A DNA stretch of 64,000 nt from Raillietiella orientalis (Eukaryota): the NCBI GenBank assembly GCA_036172245.1, contig JAYWIR010000007.1, forward strand, positions 3,782,001 through 3,846,000, in the 5' to 3' direction. A program made the position numbers and the translations under genes. Positions 40,201 through 51,655 of this stretch are shown here, piece by piece (position 1 is the stretch's first letter; each line of letters opens with the position of its first letter). The notes beneath the pieces were generated by a model. That model ran no database searches, was not told the DNA's origin, and saw nothing but the letters and a program-made list of their open reading frames with translations.

Positions 40201-43200
40201 GAGAGGGACGCTACTAGGAGCACTTCGCCCCGACTTGCCGCCGCTTCCTCGGCAGCAGCAACGGGCAAAGCCGCGCATGCGCTTGCAGAGCCCTCGAAAG
40301 AGCATTCTTTCGCGGCAGCGCCTCTCTCGGGAAAGTGCGGAAGTTCGGGAAGGGTTCCTCTGATTCCGAGCACAGGTCGCGCAGAAGAGGCTGCAGCCCG
40401 CCGATCGATGCCCCGGGAACGGGGTGCCATCTGCCAAAACATCCTCCCTTTGCACGCGCCCTTCCCCTCTCCGGCCCTCCCCATCTCTGGCCGACTGCTC
40501 AGGTGGACGCCGCACGGCAGCCTCGCGGGTGCGGGTGATCCGCCCCGTGATGGGCGGAAACGTCACGCCCTGCTTGGTGCACTTTGGGTCCAAACTTCCG
40601 CCGGCCGGCCGCGCACGCGCGCGCGCGCTTCCGGCCATTGAGAGAGGAAGAGGAGGCGGAGATTCCTTTCTCAGATGGCGCTGACGAATGGAAGGAAGAA
40701 GTTCCGGACGCCCCGGATGGACGAGCCCCTGCCCTTACTGGCAATTCCTCTCTGCTCCTTCCACCTGCCCCCTCCCTTAGGCTCCTTTTCTGGATCCATC
40801 AGCGCCTATTCCCCGAGAGTAGAATGAGACTTTCCAAAAGAAAAATAAAATAAAATAAAAGATCCTGGTGTGTTTCTCAGTCGCCGAGCTGTGAGGACCA
40901 TCGCCTCCCACCTCCTTCGCGCCAATGAGGATGTCCGGCCGTGAAATCCACCCTGCTGCAGTCCTCGCAGCTGCAGCAGGGTGGATCTCGTCACCATCCT
41001 ATCTGCAGCCGCTGAGATAAGAATGGCCGCCGGATCCTCCTTGGTCCGCAAGCGGATTATCCCATAAAAGAACGTCCCTCCCTCCCGCTTTCCGTAAGCG
41101 CCTCAGAGTAGATTGCCGTCTCTTTTGGTGCTTTGCACGGCAACGCGTGGCCATGTTCTTCCGCGGCGCACGCCCCTTCCGAAAGAAGGAAAGTTCTTGA
41201 GCCTGCCAGGAAGGGGGGAAGGGGGGCGCAGGACGATGTCGGGAGTATGGAACGAGCATCCAGCAGGCAGGATAAAACGTGCTGAGCCTTTTAGTGGGAA
41301 GAAGGAAGAAAGAAAGAAAAACCGTGATGCATCAATCACATCTTCGAAAAGGATCGTTCGTTCAACAGCCGGCTTCTGGTGGTCTCTACATAGGCAATGC
41401 GTGGTGCGCAGGTGAGATTCGATTAACAAAGGAAGGTGGCTCCGGAAGCAGGAGCAGACATTGGAGATGGGAAACCAGGGTTGATCTGATTTGCATGACC
41501 GGTGACCTTGAACTTCCTTGCGAAATCGAAGATTTTCCATCAACAGAATGTGGATGATCATTCAAATTGCTAAACGCCGCTCTGGATGCAGTAATAACGA
41601 TAAAGTTGTACTCACCGAGAATGAAAACACTCAAGGAAATTTCATGTTTTTCCGGATGGACTTCGTGTCCTCATCGTGTAGAGCCTAAGAATCTACGAAT
41701 TGAATTTTGAGCCACATACTCACAAGCACAAAACCTCATTCATTCAAACCGCGTTCATTTGACATCTTTTGAGTACGAGTGGTTTTTTTTTTCACTTCTC
41801 ACAAAAAAAAAATCCAGAAATAATTTTCAAAAATGGAATACAGAAATGGTTCCAACATTATTCCTTAAAATGAAAATAAAATGCAATGATGCTAAGCAGG
41901 AATGGTCACTTGATGCAAACATAATGTAGACAAATCTTTCCAAAATAAAGCCTTCTTCTAGCAAAGGAATAAGTCTGAGACTTGACTGAAATCTGCATGA
42001 AATTAGGGACATTAGGATTGCTTGAAAGTTTACCTTCCTAATCCTAATATTCCCAATGCTTCCCAATTTTTTATGGATTCACATTCCATTCAACGTTTCC
42101 GGGTGAGCCCGCACCGTTCCCGTCTGCTTTTACTTTTTCTTTGAGCGTAGCATGGGAACAGTGGGCCATGCTGGTCCAGGGAGCAAGTGGTACATGCTAG
42201 TGATCACAAATCTGAACTGGTTTGCGAAGTAATCAAAAATGCGTTTCAAGGTTAACAAAAACATAAACAAATAAAAATACAGTTGAAAACTGCGGAGTGT
42301 CACAAGGGTTAGATCAGAAAAGAAAATGTAAAAGAGATAGGAAAGTTCAACATTTATCGTCCCAAACTACAAACGAGAGAAAGTCGCGTAGTCTCGACTT
42401 TCCAAAATACGAATGGAAACTGTGAACATTCCAGAGAAGAATGCAGGGTAAATGATCTTATGACAGAGGCATGGACCACCAGCAGGGTCGAGAAACAGGC
42501 CTAAGAAAACAGGGACTATTGGTTAAACAAATGAAGGATGGTAACACGAAGTTAGAAATCAGATCTCAGTAGAAAGTTGAAGTTCTGACGAAAAGTTGAT
42601 TGGAAAATTTTTTTCCCGCTGCATGCGAACACCAGATAACTTGAAGCAGAGTAAGGAGTTAAGAAGTTTTCTGTTTCTTCTTTTTATTTATTTATTTATT
42701 CATGATGTACAGAGGAACATACTCTTGTAATTTATGTGATAGAAGTATGCATTTCCCTCGATTTGAAAAGCTGCCATCGGGACAAGGATGCAAAATAAAT
42801 TGTTTTCAAGACTAGGGCATCGGCTGACATTTCAGTGATTGATGGTTTAAAAAGTTTATGAACAGTAAAAATCTAAAATGAATTAGCTAAGAAAGGAAAC
42901 TTCTTCATAAACGATTACCCCCATTTTATGCCGGGCTGGATCAAACCGCCCGGCTTCGAGCACCACTTTGGCCAGAACACCGCGTGCTTCCGACTTGAAC
43001 CGAAAGAAACGTAACTTCACAACCATAAGCAGTGATATTGGCCCCTCGTGAAAAATAGGAAACGATCACCCTGGAGCTTTCTCTCTCTCTCCCTCTCTCC
43101 TTTTTTTTTTTGTCAGACCTTTTTCATTTCTAATGTTTTTTTTTTCTTGCCAGGTTGTCGTGAGTGTCTCGCTGGCCCGTAATGACGGCAAGGCCACGGC

Positions 43201-43562
43201 TGGAGTGTTCGCGGGTGTGCGGGACGGATTTTGTGTAGCACGAAAAGTTTCCTTTGCAAGGGTGGAACCCCAAGAGCTTTCGGTAAAATGAGCAGTAACG
43301 AGGATGAGATCCCGAAGACGGTTTTCGTTTTTTGTGATCAGTTTTTTCCTTTTTTAAAGTCAAATTTAAATACGATTTCCTTCCCCCCTATGAAATGAGC
43401 GCAGTAAGCATGCATACGGACGTATCCAAGGAGAATCTCGTAAAATTCTGCTAATGTTTCCTCCTCAGATATAGCCTGCCTTTGTATAGCAATATTTAGA
43501 ATTTTTAACGTTGACAGCTGGTCACTTGCAAGATTTTATGTGAGATTTAAGCAGAAAGTCGG

Positions 43563-44821
43563 ATGGCGAGTATCGATAAAGTTAACTTTCGGTCCGGCTA
43601 TTATGAGAGAGTTGGTTTTAAAGATGTTGACTGTTTACTACACTGGGAAAATCTGAAGAAAGAAAAGCCTCTAGACAAAAAGAAAATCTCGGAATTTTGT
43701 CTCAAGTCGTCAGTGCCAGGCCGTGCACGAAATCTAATTTGGAAGGTGTTATTAGGTGATTAGATAAGACTCATGTATTATTGCTTATGTAGTTTTGCTG
43801 CATGAATATGAGCAAGAGGGGCATGTTAACCTGTCCCGGCACCAGTCGCATTTCCACACAAATCTGCACACTTTCTGCATATCCCTTTCATTAAGCACAT
43901 TTAAAAATAAATTTGGAGCTATTGCGGAATGTCTTTTAGCGATTTGGGTATTTGAGATTAAATGTCAAATCATGGTACATACAGAACGTCTGAAAAATAT
44001 GGTGATTTCAACTAGGGATCATCCCAGAATACTCAGAGATTCAGCAGTTTGCTGAAGAGCAGAGGAAGCTGCACTACAATGATTTAGTTCAGGCTTTAAT
44101 CAGTTTGAAGATAATATGTGTGTCGACTCCTACATGTAGAAAGCTAGTGCTAGCACGTATACTGGAGTTGGGAATTTTACAGGAACAAGGTGATTCATTA
44201 GTAAGTGAAAATCAGTGCATGCTTCCAGCTAATAACTTGCCCCACACAAAGCTCCAACAGATGACATGGATAGGATATGAAAGTATTTGTAATGCTCTGT
44301 GTCATATGTTTGATTTGGAAGAAGAATGTTACTGGATAGCACGTAACTTAACGCCAATGGATAAAGGAATGTTTGAAAAAATGGGTGAGCAAAGCTTAAC
44401 TATTCTGAAGAAAGAAAGTAAAGAACTATACAGGTATAAGAAACAAAAACAATCTATGTTCAATGAATCTTTGTAGTCACATGATCAAATATCACTTGCA
44501 TCAGAATACGCCACCAGTTCACTGGTTCTATTGTCTTTTTGCTGGTATCATAGAAGATGCTTCCTTACAAAGGTTTGGCAGACTAAACTTCTTCAAGTTT
44601 AACAAAATGACCTTTGTAGAATTTGGGACAAAGCCATTGCAGGGTCATGGGCAATATTTGCCTTTTTAGCAGCAGCCATAGTGCTCCATTTTAAGGATTC
44701 CCTACTGAAGTGCACAAACAGTGATGAAGTAGGTTTTCTGCAACATCCAGTGAATATCAATGAAGGAATCGTTCTACCTATGACCTTTGACTTGTGGCAT
44801 AACAGTAACACCTTGAAGTAG
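43563..44821 (+). CDS. TBC1D7: TBC1 domain family member 7 (TSC complex subunit), 282 aa, 5 exons
   Basis: Exons 43563-43755, 44016-44200, 44261-44433, 44477-44572, 44620-44821, phase-consistent GT-AG introns (260, 60, 43, 47 nt). NFRSGYYERVGFKDV, RNLIWKVLLGIIP, ECYWI, WFYCLFAG, LQRIWDKAIAGS match TBC1D7. Confidence 0.92.
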
Positions 44822-44877
44822 TTGACTAGTGCTTATTTGAGAGACCAGTGTCATTATCATATTGTTGGAAGTTAGTG

Positions 44878-47083
44878 TCAGCAAGGGACAGTACTCTTGC
44901 AATGTATCTTTTGCATATGGAGCTAAAACAAGCCAGAAGTAATCAGGAACTTTTTGCGCTTTTTATGTAATTACCTGAAGATTATCCTTGCGTCGGGAAG
45001 AATAATTGCAAAGGTTACACATGAAAGGCTTGAGATCATTGTGCTTGAATAAATGATCTCTGAGTCTTTTTTTATCTGCATATCGCTGACCACACTGAGC
45101 ACACTGATGAGGTTGTAGTTTGAGGTGGGATCTCCTATGCCGAGCCATCCCACTTAATGTATGTGAGCTAAATCCACAACTTTCACACATATAAGGTCTT
45201 TCATCTGTGTGACGAATGCGCAAATGCTTTTCCAATGCTGCTTTTTCTACTGAGGCATAATTGCACTGATTGCACTTGAACCGTTTGTCAGAATGTTTGC
45301 GCAGCATATGCATGCGCAACAAATAATGAGAAACACAACAAAATGAGCAGTTTGAGCACTGGAAAGTAGGCTCCAGCACCTGGCCTGTAATGGATTTCTG
45401 ATGAATACTAGCCATATGCTTAATCAAGCCAAACTTTTGTATGCTTTGAAAATGGCAATCAGGACACTTGACACTAATTAGAAGATTATATGCAGAGTAA
45501 CTTACCTTGAAAGGTGTAATGCCCTTATGTATTCTCATGTGTGTTTGGAAACCTCCACGTGACTGGAATACTTTACTACACGTACTACAGGCATACTTCT
45601 TTTGGCCCTTAAGCTCTAAATTTGTATTGCCTACAAAACATCAAACTGATCTCTGTTAGCAGTCTACTCACCTGGATCCTCCTGAAGTTCATCTTTTGCC
45701 AAAGGAACAATCTCTTCTATAGAATTCTGAGCACTCCACAGATGACAAGACCTACCAGAAGGAGCAGCTGATAGCTGCACTGCACTAATTGAGTGACTGC
45801 AGCATGCTGCAGACTTACTGCACATCCTCCTTGGTATACACACTTGGATTCTGCTCCCTCAATTCAGTTGCCTGTGATGTAAGGTCACTGCTGTAAATTA
45901 TGTTGGATTCACTTGCATCCCTGGAAGTCACAGTACCACTGCATGGTATGGTACTACTGGATTCCTCACTGGCTACGCAATCAACGTGACTCTTAAGATC
46001 TCTATATCTACTCTTTGCAGAAAATGCTTTTCCGAATCCATCAGTCATATCTTGCAACTCATGAATATTAAGACCTGCCAAGTCTTCTGTGCTTTGGCAC
46101 TGAAGGAATGCAATGTTGATATGGATCTGCTCATCTGGATTATCACTAGGTTCTTCACTCAATGCATCTTTTTCCTCTTCTTCTTGATTTTTTATTTGTC
46201 GACTAATAGAACTGGACAAAGCACTAAGTTCTTCATCAAGAGAACCACTTTGTTGAGCTGTATCATTACATAAGGAATCACCAAGATATGGAGGACTGAG
46301 CACCATGGAACACTGAAGGGAATCATAAGGTTGGAGCAACATAGAGCTATCCAGCATCATTCCTTCAGAGGAATCTGCAAGCGGTTGCAGGCTAACAGTC
46401 TCATCACCAAATTCTTTATTTTGGGGCAACACTCCTACATCATTTATGTAATTATTCTTTCCCATCAAATTAGTAGATCCATCAAGCAAACTTTGAGAAC
46501 AGAAATTACCAAATTCTGTTATCAAGGAAGTTATAGAATTTTCAGTTGAATTGGAATTGGGAATTCCTAAAGAAAATGTATCTGCTGATTCACTGTTGTT
46601 GTTATGGGATTGCACTGATTCTGAAAGTGTTGTGATAGACCACTCTCCTGGTATACTAACATCTTGCTTGTTTGTTTGGCGGATCTCTTTATCAACTGCT
46701 TTCAGAAGTTCAAAGAGTTCAGAAATTCCCAAAAATTTAGCAATGATTAGTATGTTTTTCAGTCTGTTCTCAGGTACTGTAATTGTGCCCAAATAAATGA
46801 AATCTATGACTTGCTTCAGGTCAATGTATCTAACAGGAAATCCAGAATCATCAAAGCGTATGATCACATGTCCAGGAACATTAAGTAGCTTGCTGCGAAA
46901 ATACACACTACTTGATGCTAGGATTAATTTATGAGCACTTATGGTAGTTCCTTCACAAATTAAGTTCACATCCAAAATGGCATTGTCATGCAATAAAGCC
47001 ACAATACTGTTGCATAAAAATTCATTGTGATCATATGAATGCAAATTCCAGATTCTTCCTTTACAGTCCGTCATGGTTTCCAT
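44878..47083 (-). CDS. BTB/POZ domain + 7 C2H2 zinc-finger transcription factor, about 668 aa, 5 exons
   Basis: Exons 47083-45819, 45751-45672, 45630-45506, 45466-44975, 44922-44878. BTB motif DVNLICEGTTISAHKLILASSSVYF; seven CxxC...HxxxH/HxxxxH fingers with an HTDERPY linker. The intron 1 acceptor is uncertain (67-nt or 34-nt intron both keep frame). Confidence 0.88.
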
Positions 47084-48051
47084 GATTCCGAAACTTTACT
47101 GGAATCAAAATGGTTGAGAGTTTTTTTCTTTTACAGTGGATATGATGGGTTTAAAAACGCCCGACACATCATAACACTTCGAATCTCTACCGGTAACGAT
47201 TATAAAACATACAAAAGGGTTTGCTTACATCATCGCGGAACATAATCAAGCAATTAGCATTTTCTAATCACAGCTACCGTATCATTAAAAAGCAGTCGCA
47301 AAATCGCGAATGCTTGAAACTTGCCCGGTTTCTGTCGAAATTGGCTTCCAGTAACTATGACAGCCAGTGAAAAATCACAAACGTAGGATTATTGCTACTC
47401 GATCACTGTTCATTCGTTGTGCACCCATACTAACACACACCCACTACACTACGAGTTTCCTTGAAAAGCTTCCTGAACACTCCCCGAATCGGCCGTGCAC
47501 TCGGTGTTTGGCGTGTGCTGCACCACTCGTCTTTTTTTTTTCCAAATGCAAGAACGTCACCCACCATACCTGCACGAATTCATGTGACGCCGAGAGTGCA
47601 AATTCTCCTCGCTCGGTCCTCAGCATCCGAGCACGTAGCACCCACCGTCCGAGATCGGCAATGGAGACATTTCCACGTGGATGTTTGGAGGAGCTGCTCG
47701 ATCGAGACGTTGAGGGGGGAAGCTGCACGGAGATGCGAGTTCCCGAGCAAGCACTTTGTGCCTCCGGAGCAGACTTTGCAGAGCGCCGGAAGCTCGTGGG
47801 AAGCCACCGGCATCCGCGCCACCACCCCTTTTGAACGATCGCGGCAGCACAGCGTGATGCTTCTGCGAGGGATGCTGGGGATGAGGGGGGGAGGGGGAGG
47901 GGACCGCTGAGCTTGCCTGCCGCAGAGACCCGGGGAGCCCCCTGCATCGGCTCGGTAGCCGACTTGCGACTTTGGCAACCCGAAAGTTGCATTCGATTTT
48001 TGTTGCGCAACTTTGCACCGTGCAACAACTTTCTGCCTGTTTTTTTTTTTT

Positions 48052-48055
<4 letters not shown>

Positions 48056-48083
<28 letters not shown>
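48056..48083 (+). repeat. (CT)n microsatellite following a poly-T run
   Basis: Directly visible dinucleotide run. Confidence 0.9.
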
Positions 48084-48086
<3 letters not shown>

Positions 48087-50753
48087 CGAATTCAACTCCT
48101 GCAATCACACAGCCTTTCATCTTCCTGCTTACAGTGGACCCGTTGGCTGCGCCACCCCGGCAAACACAGCACTGCTCCCAGCGGGGGAGATAGCACGTCG
48201 CCCTTTCCTGAGCTGATGTGTTGCTTTTATTTCCCTGTGGTTAAAGGAGTGAGCTCAGTGTACCAACACGAATGCCCTTCCCATGAACTCAAGGACAAAA
48301 ACGGGTGCCGAGACTCATCCATCTCACGCGACGCAGCTTCGGAAAATTATTCTGTTCGTCTCGTTGCTTCACGAGCGAGCTCGAAGCAAAGAAGGAGCGA
48401 GAAAGTCTCAGCTTGCTTTCTCGAGCAGCATCCCTGGCAAACTCCCCGTGTTCTCAAAGGAGATCCTCCTTCGATTTCGAATAACGTTTTGTCGCTCGAC
48501 TCTTCCCCAGTCCGACGAGGGGAGGGATATTTTTTTTATTTCAAAAGGAAATCGGCATTCAGAACTGTCATCACAGTTTCCACACATCAGCAGGAAAAGT
48601 TGATCGTTCGAGTGAGTTTCGGCGCTGCACTTCTGTTTCAGTGTCTCACCATCTCAGCCGGGAGTCACGGTCATTGGTAGCGTTTGTTAGACGTCCCGAA
48701 AAGGACAACCTGCATCCTGGATATTTTTCAGGATGCCGCGGAGGAAGCGAAGGAGCGAAGTTTTGCAAACACAACCTCCTTTTTCAAGTGGCCCATCAGG
48801 ATGTCTCCGGCTCTCACGTGTACACCGCTCCGAAACTCTGCCCTCAGAGTATGAAGGTCTGCTCGTCCTTGGAGAAGTCCTCTGAGGACTTTCAACTTGG
48901 TGGGCTTTTCGCCTGCTTTACCATTTTCCGGTCTTGGACGTGGGTTCGGCAGCTATAAGCGCACAGGTATAAGCCACCAGTGCTCCCGCATACTGGGCAC
49001 CTTGTCTCATCAGAGTTCCCCATCCAGTTTTGAAACCAGGTGCCACACAGGATCCCTCCATGATAAACTGGTGTGGTCCGTCGAGACAGTTCACCGGGAT
49101 GAGGTGAACTCCCTCGAGTAGGGTGTCCTCAGGTTGAGCATCCGACCTTCCCCATCTGCTTTCACCCGCTCATGCCGAGGCGTTTTCTGCGTTAAAAGCA
49201 AAACGTTATTGCGCGCGAGCGCGAAAATGGGGAACCGACTTCCTTTGGAAATCCGGGGCCCGGCTCTCCCAAGGACGTCGCCGACACGAAAGTCGGACAA
49301 ATAGAGAGTCCGCAGCGGGTGGAAGGCGACGACGAATTCATAAAGAAGGATGGAGAGGGAAAGAACGCGGATCTTCGGCTCGAGTCGCTCCTGTTTCTCG
49401 ACAACCTCCGCAAGATGCAGGTGAGCTCCATAGCAACGACTTCCTTTCTCGAGAGGGGCCATCTCGCTGCAGTCTTCAGCTCCAGAGCGATTCGGGTCGC
49501 CGAGATGGCGCGCACGCAGCTCGACGTTGCGATCGCCGCTCCACACGAACGCTCACCGCGTGCGAAGAAACGCCGCAACGAGTCTCTCGCGGTGTCCTAC
49601 GGCTGTAGCAGCAGCACTGAAGCTAGCCTTTCGCCGCAGTTCCTGCAGGAGCACCGCAGTCTGGATACAGGCTCGAGAACGTTTCCACCGTACCACACGT
49701 GGAGCAGTCCTCGGGTGCAGTTCCCCTGGAAACGAGGTGTCGTCGCTGGTTGCTGTGGAAGCCCCAGTGCAGAAAGAGTGCCACGTTCAAAGGGCGGAAT
49801 CAGAACGACCGAGTACAGGGAAGGGACCACCATTTCCTCGGAGGGCACACTCGAGAGTTCGCTCCTTGGCCCGACAGCGTGAAGTGGCAACGTCCGTTAG
49901 CGTGTTCGTCCCGCAACTCGTCTTGGAGTTTCCCACAGTCGTTCAGGAGAATGCCCACCCTGCCAGTTGGCAGCTGTCGTTGCTTGTTCTGAGGGCAGGC
50001 AGCGCTGCGGCCTAGGGTGTGACGGCCTGTCTGTACCACTCCCTGGATTCATGCAGAAGCACTTTCAAGGGGGTGCTGAGCAGATTCATCGGCCAGCCAA
50101 GTTCTTTCCGAGTTGTTCACTTGCAAGGTGGACAACCAGGTTTCCATGGTCTCCTGCCTCTCTAACCACTGAAGTTCCTGGGACGGAAGCAGATCCAGAG
50201 ATGCTCCAGCATCGAGGTCTTTCGCCTCAGGGGATGCCCACTCTCCCCCATCCATCTTTTTGCGGTCTCGCGGTAGCATGGGAGCGAGTCCCTCGCGGTG
50301 CGCGAATCTCCGTTAGGGCAAAGCGTGCTGGCGCACGCTATGGGGCACTCCACGACTTGGCACAAACGGCCAGCACCCTGAGCTGCACCTGCAGTTTCAG
50401 CTCATCCAGCGTCAGGATTCCGAGGTCAGCATTCTGATGCGACGCCACCAAGTCCTTGAGGTCAGTCGTAAACCTCGCAGATCCTCACAAGGTTTGCCGA
50501 AGGGGAAGAGCGACACATAGGAAGCAGGGACTGGCAAAGAAGAACATGTTCAAAGATGTTCCAAGTGGTGACCCGTTCCGTCAAGAGGAACTTTTTATTG
50601 AAGGACCAACAGTTGTCTTAGACTTTTGAAGGCTACCGGATCGCGCTTCTTCGGACCAGAAATCGCCTACTGGTACGCCAAGGGATTGATCCTAGGTGGA
50701 TTCAGTACGACTGTTCCCTCGGGACTTCCAATGGGATGAGTGCAAACCTGTCC

Positions 50754-51062
50754 CTATTCACGCACATGTTCGTTACCACCACTGGAGACTCCAAGGATGT
50801 CCGGTGAAAGGTTCTTGCCCAGGATGGTCACTCTTTCGCGGTTATTCACATTCTTGTAGAGCTTCACAACCATATGTTGGGAGGGCTCTTGTTTCCATTG
50901 GGAACCAGCTGGTAGGTTTTCTGTAGGCAACTGGTGGCTTCTCAGTTCTTCTGTTTCATAAGCCACGTCCTCTTCACCGGGCTGCTGTATCCATTGATAG
51001 CACAAAAGAGGAAAAAGACTCGAAACGAAAAGTGAAAGCAGAAGCTTCAGAGGTGCCATCAT
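50754..51062 (-). CDS. Candidate small secreted orphan protein (about 102 aa if unspliced)
   Basis: MMAPLKLLLSLFVSSLFPLLCY signal-peptide-like start followed by hydrophilic sequence; AATAAA on the minus strand near 50594-50599. No family recognised; the 3' end may be spliced. Confidence 0.4.
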   Translation of the reverse strand: MMAPLKLLLSLFVSSLFPLLCYQWIQQPGEEDVAYETEELRSHQLPTENLPAGSQWKQEPSQHMVVKLYKNVNNRERVTILGKNLSPDILGVSSGGNEHVRE

Positions 51063-51335
51063 ATAAGCACGAAAAGCAGCATAAGACTCAGTGACTGGCT
51101 GGATCGTTATCACTTTTTCTTCACCTGAATGCATTTTATTCTTAGTATCTTCTTCGGTTCCGTGCTTTCATCCGTATCGAGCGGGTGTGAATGAGTCGAA
51201 CCTTCACCATTCAAACTAATCAGAACAAACAGAACAAAGATAACTTTCCTAAAATCTCTTTGATTACTGATTGGCATCCTTCACATGGCGCTGTGAGGAA
51301 CACAGTTCGATCGTGTGGGAAGTGCTTCCCAGAGA

Positions 51336-51655
51336 CAGCAGCAGGGCTGGATCAGCGCACCGCATACGGCGGCGCCGCCATACTTGCCGACGTTCCGCTG
51401 AGGGCAGGCGGCTCTGTCGGCCTGCAACCGCCGACCCCAGCCCCTCGATGACCTCCTTCTGCCCGGAACCAGCAACGCCGTTCGCGCCCTCCAGCGGAAG
51501 GAGGGAATGGCCGCCACGCCATCCGCCGCCCTCGTGCGAGCAGCAAAGGAGCTGCCCGAGCTTGGGTGCCGGATGGACTCGGGGTCATTCCGGACTGAAT
51601 AGCCCGATCTTCCCCCCATTTCCCCCTTCCTCTCTTCCTGCTCCCTGCCTGACGC
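51336..51655 (+). repeat. Long inverted repeat, left arm
   Basis: Reverse complement of 53761-54067; core 51372-51598 roughly 90% identical by manual alignment with one 1-nt indel, flanks more diverged. Confidence 0.92.

Noticed and set aside
42925..43010. Minus-strand A-box-like (tggccaaagtgg) and B-box-like (ggtttgatcc) motifs with a 7-bp stem
   Set aside because: Spacing too short and no cloverleaf or anticodon arm; not a tRNA.
43571..43578. DRE-like TATCGATA
   Set aside because: Falls inside TBC1D7 codons 3-6; a single 8-mer is expected by chance in a window this size.
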